64,000 nt of DNA from NCBI RefSeq assembly GCF_009914755.1, contig NC_060937.1; one strand, 5' to 3'. The notes beneath the pieces were generated by a model. That model ran no database searches. It saw nothing but the letters and a program-made list of their open reading frames with translations, and was not told where the DNA came from. Positions 31,401 to 46,000 of this stretch are shown one piece after another (within the stretch, counting starts at the first letter, position 1; each line of letters begins with the position of its first letter). This stretch comes from the human T2T-CHM13v2.0 reference genome, Homo sapiens. A program made the translations under genes and the position numbers.

Positions 31401-33983
31401 TGCTGCACATAAAATATCAAAGTACCCAAAGTATGTATTATATACTGTACATAAAATATCAAAGTACCCAAAGTATATATTATATACTGTACATAAAATA
31501 TAAAATACCCCAAATATATATTATATCCTGTACATAAAATATCAAAGTACCCAAAATATATATTGTAAATTGTACATAAAATATCAAAGTAGCCAAAATA
31601 TATATTGTATACTGTACATAAAATATGAAGGTACATCAAATATATATTATATCCTGTACATAAAATATCAAAGTACCCAAAATATATATTGTAAATTGTA
31701 CATAAAATATCAAAGTAGCCAAAATATATATTGTATACTGTACATAAAATATAAAAGTACCCCAAATATGTATTATATACTGTACATAAAATATCAAAGT
31801 ACCGATAATACATATTATATACTGTACATAAAATATCAAAGGACCCAAAATAAACATTATATACTGTACATAAAATATCCAAATACTCAAAATATATATT
31901 ACATACTGTACATAAAATATCAAAGTACCCAAATTATGTATTATATACTGTACGTAAAATATCAGAGTACCCAAAATATGCATTATATACTGTACATAAA
32001 ATATGAAAGTAACAAAACATTTATAATAAACTGTACATAAAATATCAAAGTACTCAAACTATATATCATATACTGTACATAAAATATCAAAGTACCCAAA
32101 CTGTATATTATTATATACTGTATATAAAATATCAAAGTACCTGAAATATATATTGTATACTGTACATAAAATATCAAAGTACCCAAAATATATACTATAT
32201 ACTGTACATAAAATATGAAGGTACATAAATATATATTATATCCTGTACATAAAATATCAAAGTACACCTATTATATATTGTGTACTCTACATAATATATT
32301 AAGTCGCCCAAATATATATTGTATACTGTATATAAAATATGAAGGTACTTCAAATATATATTATATGCTGCACATAAAATATCAAAGTACCCAAGGTATG
32401 CATTACATACTGTACATAAAATATCAAAGTACACATATTATATATTATATAATATACATAAAATATGAAGGTTCATCAAATATATATTATATTCTGTACA
32501 TAATATATCAAAGTACATCAAATATATATTATATACTGTACATAAAATATCAAAGTACCAAAAATATGTATTATATACTGTACATAAAATATGAAAGTAA
32601 CCAAACATTTATAATATACTGTACATAAAATATCAAAGTACTCAGTCTACATATTACATACAGTATATAAAATATCAAAGTACACACACTGTATATTATA
32701 TACTGTACATAATATATCAAAGTACCCAGAATATATAACATACTGTACATAAAATATCAAAGTACCCGAAATATATATGGTATACTGTACATAAAATATG
32801 AAGGTACATCAAAGATATATTATATACTGTACATAAAATATCAAACTACACCAAATATATATTATATGCTGTACATAATATATTAAAGTTGCCCAAATAC
32901 ACATTCTATACTGTACATAAAATATGAACGTACATCAAATATATAGTATATGCTGCACATAAAATATCAAAGTACCCAAAGTTTGTATTATACACTGTAC
33001 ATAAAATATCAAAGTACCAAAAGTATATATTACATACTGTAAATAAAATATGAAGGTACCTCAAATATATATTATATTCTGTACATAAAATATCAAAGTA
33101 CACCAAGTATATACTATATACTCTGCATAAAATATTAAATTACCCAAAATATGTATTGTATTGTGTACATAAAATATGAAAGTAACCAAACATTTATAAT
33201 AAACTGTACATAAAATATCAAAGTACTCAAACTGTATATTATATACTGTACATAAAGTATCAAAGTACCCAAACTGTGTAGTATATACTGTACATAAAAT
33301 ATCAAGGTACCCAAAATATATATTGTAAACTGTAGATAAAATATCAAAGTACCCAAAATATATATTATATACTGTACATAAAATATGAAGTCACATCCAA
33401 TATATATTATATTCTGTACATAAAATATCAAAGTACACCAAATGTATATTATATACTGTACATAAAATATCAAAGTACCCAAAGTGTATATTATATACTG
33501 TACATAAAATATGAAGGTTCATCAAATATATTTTATATTCTGCACATAATATATCAAAGTACAGCAAATATATATTATATACTGTACATAAAATATCAAA
33601 GTACCCAAAATATGTATTATATACTGTACATAAAATATGAAAGTAACCAAACATTTATAATAAACTTTACATAAAGTATCAAAGTACTCAAACTACATAT
33701 TATATACAGTATATAAAATATCAAAGTACCCCAACTGTATATTATATACTGTACATAATATATCAAAGTACCCAAATATATAGCATACTGTACATAAAAT
33801 ATCAAAGTACCCAAAATATATATTATATACTGTACATAAAATATCAAAATACCCAAAATATATATTATATACTGTACATAAATTACCAAAGTACCCAAAG
33901 TATATATTATGTAACGTACAAAAAATATCAAAGTAGCCAAAATATGTATTATACACTGTACTTAATATATGAAAGTACCCAAA
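28459..33983 (+). repeat. Fused B/A units, 5525 bp (543-bp deletion removing the landmark, 126-bp duplication, 377-bp deletion)
   Basis: 3307+3013-543+126-1-377 = 5525, equal to the landmark spacing 28459 to 33984. Junctions are visible near 31520 and 33810. Confidence 0.75.
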
Positions 33984-36367
33984 CATTTATAATAAACTGT
34001 AAATAAAATATCAATGTACTCAAACTATATATTATGTGCGGTACATAAGATATCAAAGTACCCATGCTATATAGTATATACTGTACTTAAAATATCAAAA
34101 TACCCAAAATATATATTATATACGTTACATAAACTATCAAATACACAAAGTATGTATTATATACTGTACATAAAATAGCAAAGTTCCCAAAATATGTATT
34201 ATATACTGTACATAAAATATGAAAGTACCCAACCATTTATAATAAACTCTACATAAAATACCAAAGTACCCAAACTGTGTATTATATACTGTCCATAAAA
34301 TATCAAAGGACCCAAAATATATATTGTAAACTCTACATAAAATATCAAAGTAGCCAAAATACATATTGTATACTGTACATAAAATATAAAAGTACCCCAA
34401 ATATATATTATATACTGTACATAAAATATCAAAGTACCCATAATACATATTATATACTGTACATAAAATATCAAAGGACCCAAAATAAACATTATATACT
34501 GTACATAAAATATCCAAATACTCAAAATATATATTACATACTGTACATAAAATATCAAAGTACCCAAATTATGTATTATATACTGTATATAAAATATCAG
34601 AGTACCCAAAATATGCATTATATATTGTACATAAAATATGAAGGTACATCAAATATATAGTATATGCTGCACATAAAATATCAAAGTACCCAAAGTATGT
34701 ATTATATACTGTACATAAAATATCAAAGTACCAAAAGTATATATTACCTACTGTAAATAAAATATGAAGATACCTCAAATATATATTATATTCTGTACAT
34801 AAAATATCAAAGTGCACCAAGTATATACTATATACTCTACATAAAATATTAAATTACCCAAAATATGTATTGTATTGTGTACATAAAATATGAAAGTAAC
34901 CAAACATTTATAATAAACTGTACATAAAATATCAAAGTACTCAAACTTTATATTATATACTGTACATAAAGTATCAAAGTACCCAAACTGTGTAGTATAT
35001 ACTGTACATGAAATATCAAGGTACCCAAAATGTATATTGTAAACTGTAGATAAAATATCAAAGTACCCAAAATATATATTATATACTGTACATAAAATAT
35101 GAAGGCACATCCAATATATATTATATTCTGTACATAAAATATCAAAGTACACCAAATGTATATTATATACTGTACATAAAATATAAAACTACCCCAAATA
35201 TATCTTATATACTCTACATAAAATATCAAAGTACCCAAAATATATATTATATACTGTACATAAAATATCAAAGTACCCATAGTATGTATTATATCCTGTA
35301 CATAAAATATGAAGGTACATCAAATATATATTCTATTCTGCACATAAAATATCATATTGCACCAAATATATATTGTATACTGTATATAAAATATGAAGGT
35401 ACTTCAAATATATATTATATGCTGCACATAAAATATCAAAGTACCCAAAGTATGCATTATATACTGTACATAAAATATCAAAGTACCCAAAGTGTATATT
35501 ATATACTGTACATAAATTATGAAGGTTCATCAAATATATTTTATATTCTGCACATAATATATCAAAGTACAGCAAATATATATTATATATTGTACATAAA
35601 ATAACAAAGTACCAAAAATATGTATTATATACTGTACATAAAATATGAAAGTAACCAAATATTTATAATAAACTGTATATAAAATATCAAAGTACTCAAA
35701 CTACATATTATATACAGTATATAAAATATCAAAGTACCCAAACTATATATTATATACTGTACATACTATATCAAAGTACCCAAATATATAGCATACTGTC
35801 CATAAAATATCAAAGTACCCAAAATATATATTGTATACTGTACATAAAATATGAAGGTACATCAAAGATATATTATATCCTGTACATAAAATATCAAAGT
35901 ACACCAAATATATATTATATGCTGTACATAATATATTAAAGTCGACCAAATATATATTATATACTGTACATAAAATATGAAGGTACCTCAACTATATATT
36001 ATATGCTGCACATAAAATATCAAAGTACCCAAAGTATGTATTATATACTGTACATAAAATATCAAAGTACCCAAAGTATATATTATATACTGTACATAAA
36101 ATATAAAATACCCCAAAGATATATTATATGCTGTACATAAAATATCAAAGTACACAAAATATGTATTATGTACTGTACATACAATATAAAGGACCCAAAA
36201 TATATACTATATACTGTACATAAAATATCAAAATACCCAAAATATATATTATATACTGTACATAAAATACCAAAGTACCCAAAGTATATATTATATACCG
36301 TACAAAAAATATCAAAGTAGCCAAAATATGTATTATACACTGTACATAATATATGAAAGTACCCAAA
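33984..36367 (+). repeat. Truncated B unit, 2384 bp (922-bp deletion near 34640)
   Basis: The atatgcattatat monomer is joined directly to gaaggtacatcaaatatatagtatatgc. These points are 922 bp apart in the intact B unit (16461 and 17383). Confidence 0.78.
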
Positions 36368-39300
36368 CATTTATAATAAACTGTACATAAAATATCAATG
36401 TACTGAAACTATGTATTATGTGCGGTACATAACATATCAAAGTATCCATACTATATAGTATGTACTGCACTTAAAATATCAAAATACCCAAAATATATAT
36501 TATATACGTTACATAAACTATCAAATACACAAAGTATGTATTATATACTGTACATAAAATAGCAAAGTTCCCAAAATATGTATTATATACTGTACATAAA
36601 ATATGAAAGTACCCAACCATTTATAATAAACTCTACATAAAATACCAAAGTACCCAAACTGTGTATTATATACTGTCCATAAAATATCAAAGTACCCAAA
36701 ATATATATTGTAAACTCTACATAAAATATCAAAGTAGCCAAAATACATATTTTATACTGTACATAAAATATGAAAGTACCCCAAATATGTATTAAATACT
36801 GTACATAAAATATCAAAGTACCCATAATACATATTATATACTGTACATAAAATATCAAAGGACCCAAAATAAACATTATATACTGTACATAAAATATCCA
36901 AATACTCAAAATATATATTACGTACTGTACATAAAATATCAAAGTACCCAAATTATGTATTATATACTGTACGTAAAATATCAGAGTACCCAAAATATGC
37001 ATTATATACTGTACATAAAATATGAAAGTAACAATACATTTATAATAAACTGTACAAAAAATATCAAAGTACTCAAACTATATATCATATACTGTACATA
37101 AAATATCAAAGTACCCAAACTGTGTATTATTATATACTGTATATAAAATATCAAATACCTGAAATATATATTGTATACTGTACATAAAATATCAAAGTAC
37201 CCAAAATATATACTATATACTGTACATAAAATATGAAGGTACATCAAATATATATTATATCCTGTACATAAAATATCAAAGTACACCTATTATATATTGT
37301 GTACTGTACGTAATATATTAAATCGCCCAAATATATATTGTATACTGTATATAAAATATGAAGGTACTTCAAATATATATTATATGCTGCACATAAAATA
37401 TCAAAGTACCCAAAGTATGCATTACATACTGTACATAAAATATCAAAGTACACATATTATATATTATATAATGTACATAAAATATGAAGGTTCATCAAAT
37501 ATATATTATATTCTGTACATAATATATCAAAGTACATAAAATATATATTATATACGGTACATAAAATATCAAAGTACCAAAAATATGTATTATATACTGT
37601 ACATAAAACATGAAAGTAACCAAACATTTATAATAAACTGTACATTAAATATCAAAGTACTCAATGTACATAATATATACAGTATATAAAATATCAAAGT
37701 ACACAAACTGTATATTATATACTGTACATAATATATCAAAGTACCCAGAATATATAGCATACTGTACATAAAATATCAAAGTACCCAAAATATATATTGT
37801 ATACTGTACTTAAAATATGAAGGTACATCAAAGATATATTATATTCTGTACATAAAATATCAAAGTACACCAAATATATATTATATGCTGTACATAGTAT
37901 ATTAAAGTTGCCCGTATATACATTATATACTGTACATAAAATATGAACGTACATCAAATATATAGTATATGCTGCACATAAAATATCAAAGTACCCAAAG
38001 TATGTATTATACACTGTACATAAAATATCAAAGTACCAAAAGTATATATTACATACTGTAAATAAAATATGAAGGTACCTCAAATATATATTATATTCTG
38101 TACATAAAATATCAAAGTACACCAAGTATATACTATATACTCTGCATAAAATATTAAATTACCCAAAATATGTATTGTATTGTGTACATAAAATATGAAA
38201 GTAACCAAACATTTATAATAAACTGTACATAAAATATCAAAATACTCAAACTGTATATTATATACTGTACATAAAGTATCAAAGTACCCAAACTGTGTAG
38301 TATATACTGTACATAAAATATCAAGGTACCCAAAATATATATTGTAAACTGTAGATAAAATATCAAAGTACCCAAAATATATATTATATACTGTACATAA
38401 AATGTGAAGGCACATCCAATATATATTATATTCTGTACATAAAATATCAAAGTACACCAAATGTATATTATATACTGTACATAAAATATCAAAGTACCCA
38501 AAGTGTATATTATATACTGTACATAAAATATGAAGGTTCATCAAATATATTTTATATTCTGCACATAATATATCAAAGTACAGCAAATATATATTATATA
38601 CTGTACATAAAATATCAAAGTACCCAAAATATGTATTATATACTGTACATAAAATATGAAAGTAACCAAACATTTATAATAAACTGTACATAAAGTATCA
38701 AAGTACTCAAACTACATATTATATACAGTATATAAAATGTCAAAGTACCCAAACTGTATATTATATACTGTACATAATATATCAAAGTACCCGAATATAT
38801 AGCATACTGTACATAAAATATCAAAGTACCCAAAGTGTGTTTTATACACTGCACATAAAATATGAAGGTACATAAAATATATATTGTATTCTGTACATAA
38901 AATATCAAAGTACTCCAAATATATATTATATGCTGTACATAATATATTAAAGTCGCCCAAATATATATTATATACTGTGCATAAAATATGAAGGTACATC
39001 AAATATATATTATATGCTGCACATAAAATATCAAAGTACCCAAAGTATGTGTTATATACTGTACATAAAATATCAAAGTACCCAAAGTATATATTATATA
39101 CTGTACATAAAATATAAAATACCCCAAATATATATTATATGCTGTACATAAAATATCAAAGTACACAAAATATGTATTATATACTGTACATAAAATACCA
39201 AAGGACCCAAAATATATATTATATACTGTACATAAAATATCAAAATACCCAAAATATATATTATATACTGTACATAAAATACCAAAGTACCCAAAGTATA

Positions 39301-42300
39301 TATTATATACCGTACAAAAAATATCAAAGTAGCCAAAATATGTATTATACACTGTACATAATATATGAAAGTACCCAAACATTTATAATAAACTGTACAT
39401 AAAATATCAATGTACTCAAACTATATATTATGTGCGGTACATAAGATATCAAAGTACCCATACTATATAGTATATACTGTACTTAAAATATCAAAATACC
39501 CAAAATATATATTATATACGTTACATAAACTATCAAGTACACAAAGTATGTATTATATACTGTACATAAAATAGCAAAGTTCCCAAAATATGTATTACAT
39601 ACTGTACATAAAATATGAAAGTACCCAACCATTCATAATAAAGTCTACATAAAATACCAAAGTACCCAAACTGTGTATTATATACTGTCCATAAAATATC
39701 AAAGGACCCAAAATATATATTGTAAACTCTACATAAAATATCAAAGTAGCCAAAATACATATTGTATACTGTACATAAAATATAAAAGTACCCCAAATAT
39801 ATATTATATACTGTACATAAAATATCAAAGTACCCATAATACATATTATATACTGTACACAAAATATCAAAGGACCCAAAATAAACATTATATACTGTAC
39901 ATAAAATATCCAAATACTCAAAATATATATTACATACTGTACATAAAATATCAAAGTACCCAAATTATGTATTATATACTGTACGTAAAATATCAGAGTA
40001 CCCAAAATATGCATTATATACTGTACATAAAATATGAAAGTAACAAAACATTTTTAATAAACTGTACATAAAATATCAAAGTACTCAAACTATATATCAT
40101 ATACTGTACATAAAATATCAAAGTACCCAAACTGTGTATTATTACATACTTTATATAAAATATCAAAGTACCTGAAATATATATTTTATACTGTACATAA
40201 AATATCAAAGTACCCAAAATATATACTATATACTGTACATAAAATATGAAGGTACATCAAATATATATTATATCCTGTACATAAAATATCAAAGTACTCC
40301 TATTATATATTGTGTACTGTACATAATATATTAAATCGCCCAAATATATATTGTATACTGTATATGAAATATGAAGGTACTTCAAATATATATTATATGC
40401 TGCACATAAAATATCAAAGTACCCAAAGTATGCATTACATACTGTACATAAAATATCAAAGTACACAAATTATATATTATATTCTGTACACAAAATATGT
40501 AGGTTCATCAAATATATTTTATATTCTGTACATAATATATCAAAGTACATCAAATATATATTATATACGGTACATAAAATATCAAAGTACCCAAAATATG
40601 TACTATTTACTGTACATAAAATATGAAAGTAACCAAACATTTATAATAAACTGTACATAAAATATCAAAGTACTCAATCTACATATTATATACAGTATAT
40701 AAAATATCAAAGTACACAAACTGTATATTATATACTGTACATAATATATCAAAGTACCCAGAATATATAGCATACTGTACATACAATATCAAAGTACCCA
40801 GAATGTATATTGTATACTGTACATAAAATATGAAGGTACATCAAAGATATATTATATTCTGTACATAAAATATCAAAGTACACCAAATATATATTATATG
40901 CTATACATAATATATTAAAGTTGCCCATGTATACATTTTATACTGTACATAAAATATGAAGGTACATCAAATATATAGTATATGCTGCACATAAAATATC
41001 AAAGTACCCAAAGTATGTATTATATACTGTACATAAAATATCAAAGTACCAAAAGTATATATTACCTACTGTAAATAAAATATGAAGATACCTCAAATAT
41101 ATATTATATTCTGTACATGAAATATCAAAGTACACCAAGTATATACTATATACTCTACATAAAATATTAAATTACCCAAAATATGTATTGTATTGTGTAC
41201 ATAAAATATGAAAGTAACCAAACATTTATAATAAACTGTACATAAAATATCAAAGTACTCAAACTTTATATTATATACTGTACATAAAGTATCAAAGTAC
41301 CCAAACTGTGTAGTATATACTGTACATAAAATATCAAGGTACCCAATATGTATATTGTAAACTGTAGATAAAATATCAAAGTACCCAAAATATATATTAT
41401 ATACTGTACATAAAATATGAAGGCACATCCAATATATATTATATTCTGTACATAAAATATCAAAGTACACCAAATGTATATTATATACTGTACATAAAAT
41501 AAAAAACTACCCCAAATATATATTATATACTCTACATAAAATATCAAAGTACCCAAAATATATATTATATACTGTACATAATATATCAAAGTACCCATAG
41601 TATGTATTATATCCTGTACATAAAATATGAAAGTACGTCAAATATATATTCTATTCTGCACATAAAATATCATATTGCACCAAATATATATTGTATACTG
41701 TATATAAAATATGAAGGTACTTCAAATATATATTATATGCTGCACATAAAATATCAAAGTACCCAAAGTATGCATTATATACTGTACATAAAATATCAAA
41801 GTACCCAAAGTGTATATTATATATTGTACATAAAATATGAAGGTTCATCAAATATATTTTATATTCTGCACATAATATATCAAAGTACAGCAAATATATA
41901 TTATATACTGTACATAAAATAACAAAGTAACAAAAATATGTATTATATACTGTACATAAAATATGAAAGTAACCAAATATTTATAAAAAACTGTATATAA
42001 AATATCAAAGTACTCAAACTACATATTATATACAGTATATAAAATATCAAAGTACCCAAACTATATATTATATACTGTACATACTATATCAGATTACCCG
42101 AATATATAGCATACTGTACATAAAATATCAAATTACCCAAAATATATATTGTATACTGTACATAAAATATGAAGGTACATCAAAGATATATTATATTCTG
42201 TACATAAAATATCAAAGTACACCAAATATATATTATATGCTGTACAGAATATATTAAAGTCGACCAAATGTGTATTATATACTGTACATAAAATATGAAG

Positions 42301-45300
42301 GTACATCAAATATATATTATATGCTGCACATAAAATATCAAAGTACCCAAAGTATGTGTTATATACTGTACATAAAATATCAAAGTACCCAAAGTATATA
42401 TTATATACTGTACATAAAATATAAAATACCCCAAATATATATTATATGCTGTACATAAAATATCAAAGTACACAAAATATGTATTATGTACTGTACATAA
42501 ATTATCAAAGGACCCAAAATATATATTATATAGTGTACATAAAATATCAAAATACCCAAAATATATATTATATACTGTACATAAAATACCAAAGTACCCA
42601 AAGTATATATTATATACTGTATAAAAAATATCAAAGTAGCCAAAATATGTATTATACACTGTACATAATATATGAAAGTACCCAAACATTTATAATAAAC
42701 TGTACATAAAATATCAATGTACTCAAACTATATATTATGTGCGGTACTTAAGATATCAAAGTACCCATACTATATAGTATGTACTGTACTTAAAATATCA
42801 AAATACCCAAAATATATATTATATACGTTACATAAACTATCAAATACACAAAGTATGTATTACATACTGTACATAAAATAACAAAGTTCCCAAAATATGT
42901 ATTATATATATTATAAATATGTACATAAAATATGAAAGTACCCAACCATTTATAATAAACTCTACATAAAACACCAAAGTACCCAAACTGTGTATTATAT
43001 TCTGTCCATAAAATATCAAAGTGCCCAAAATATATATCGTAAACTCTACATAAAATATCAAAGTAGCCAAAATACATATTGTATACTGTACATAAAATAT
43101 AAAAGTACCCCAAATATATATTATATACTGTACATAAAATATCAAAGTACCCATAATACATATTATATACTGTACATAAAATATCAAAGGACCCAAAATA
43201 AACATTATATACTGTACATAAAATATCCAAATACTCAAAATATATATTACATACTGTACATAAAATATCAAAGTACCCAAATTATGTATTATATACTGTA
43301 CGTAAAATATCAGAGTACCCAAAATATGCATTATATACTGTACATAAAATATGAAAGTAACAAAACATTTATAATAAACTGTACATAAAATATCAAAGTA
43401 CTCAAACTATATATCATATACTGTACATAAAATATCAAAGTACCCAAACTGTGTATTATTACATACTGTATATAAAATATCAAAGTACCTGAAATATATA
43501 TTGTATACTGTACATAAAATATCAAAGTACCCAAAATATATACTATATACTGTACATAAAATATGAAGGTACATCAAATATATATTATATCCTGTACATA
43601 AAATATCAAAGTACTCCTATTATATATTGTGTACTGTACATAATATATTAAATCGCCCAAATATATATTGTATACTGTATATAAAATATGAAGGTACTTC
43701 AAATATATATTATATGCTGCACATAAAATATCAAAGTACCCAAAGTATGCATTACATACTGTACATAAAATATCAAAGTACACAAATTATATATTATATT
43801 CTGTACATAAAATATGTAGGTTCATCAAATATATTTTATATTCTGTACATAATATATCAAAGTACATCAAATATATATTATATACGGTACATAAAATATC
43901 AAAGTACCCAAAATATGTACTATTTACTGTACATAACATATGAAAGTAACCAAACATTTATAATAAACTGTACATAAAATATCAAAGTACTCAATCTACA
44001 TATTATATACAGTATATAAAATATCAAAGTACACAAACTGTATATTATATACTGTACATAATATATCAAAGTACCCAGAATATATAGCATACTGTACATA
44101 CAATATCAAAGTACCCAGAATGTATATTGTATACTGTACATAAAATATGAAGGTACATCAAAGATTTATATTCTGTACATAAAATATCAAAGTACACCAA
44201 ATATATATTATATGCTGTACATAATATATTAAAGTTGCCCATGTATACATTTTATACTGTACATAAAATATGAAGGTACATCAAATATATAGTATATGCT
44301 GCACATAAAATATCAAAGTACCCAAAGTATGTATTATATACTGTACATAAAATATCAAAGTACCAAAAGTATATATTACCTACTGTAAATAAAATATGAA
44401 GATACCTCAAATATATATTATATTCTGTACATGAAATATCAAAGTACACCAAGTATATACTATATACTCTACATAAAATATTAAATTACCCACAATATGT
44501 ATTGTATTGTGTACATAAAATATGAAAGTAACCAAACATTTATAATAAACGGTACATAAAATATCAAAGTACTCAAACTTTATATTATATACTGTACATA
44601 AAGTATCAAAGTACCCAAACTGTGTAGTATATACTGTACATAAAATATCAAGGTACCCAAAATGTATATTGTAAACTGTAGATAAAATATCAAAGTACCC
44701 AAAATATATATTATATACTGTACATAAAATATGAAGGCACATCCAATATATATTATATTCTGTACATAAAATATCAAAGTACACCAAATGTATATTATAT
44801 ACTGTACATAAAATATAAAACTACCCCAAATATATCTTATATACGCTACATAAAATATCAAAGTACCCAAAATATATATTATATACTGTACATAATATAT
44901 CAAAGTACCCATAGTATGTATTATATCCTGTACATAAAATATGAAAGTACGTCAAATATATATTCTATTCTGCACATAAAATATCATATTGCACCAAATA
45001 TATATTGTATACTGTATATAAAATATGAAGGTACTTCAAATATATATTATATGCTGCACATAAAATATCAAAGTACCCAAAGTATGCATTATATACTGTA
45101 CATAAAATATCAAAGTACCCAAAGTGTATATTATATACTGTACATAAAATATGAAGGTTCATCAAATATATTTTATATTATGCACATAATATATCAAAGT
45201 ACAGCAAATATATATTATATACTGTACATAAAATAACAAAGTACCAAAAATATGTATTATATACTGTACATAAAATATGAAAGTAACCAAATATTTATAA

Positions 45301-46000
45301 TAAACTGTATATAAAATATCAAAGTACTCAAACTACATATTATATACAGTATATAAAATATCAAAGTACCCAAACTATATATTACATACTGTACATACTA
45401 TATCAAAGTACCCGAATATATAGCATACTGTACATAAAATATCAAATTACCCAAAATATATATTGTATACTGTACATAAAATATGAAGGTACATCAAAGA
45501 TATATTATATTCTGTACATAAAATATCAAACTACACCAAATATATATTATATGCTGTACAGAATATATTAAAGTCGACCAAATGTATATTATATACTGTA
45601 CATAAAATATGAAGGTACATCAAATATATATTATATGCTGCACATAAAATATCAAAGTACCCAAAGTATGTGTTATATACTGTACATAAAATATCAAAGT
45701 ACCCAAAGTATATATTATATACTGTACATAAAATATAAAATACCCCAAATATATATTATATGCTGTACATAAAATATCAAAGTACACAAAATATGCATTA
45801 TGTACTGTACATAAATTATCAAAGGACCCAAAATATATATTATATAATGTACATAAAATATCAAAATACCCAAAATATATATTATATAACGTACATAAAA
45901 TACCAAAGTACCCAAAGTATATATTATATACTGTATAAAAAATATCAAAGTAGCCAAAATATGTATTATACACTGTACATAATATATGAAAGTACCCAAA
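36368..46000 (+). repeat. A-B-B run (3012 + 3307 + 3314 bp)
   Basis: Landmarks at 36368, 39380, 42687 and 46001. 1-bp deletion near 37155, 10-bp insertion near 42909 and 3-bp deletion near 44165. Confidence 0.82.
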
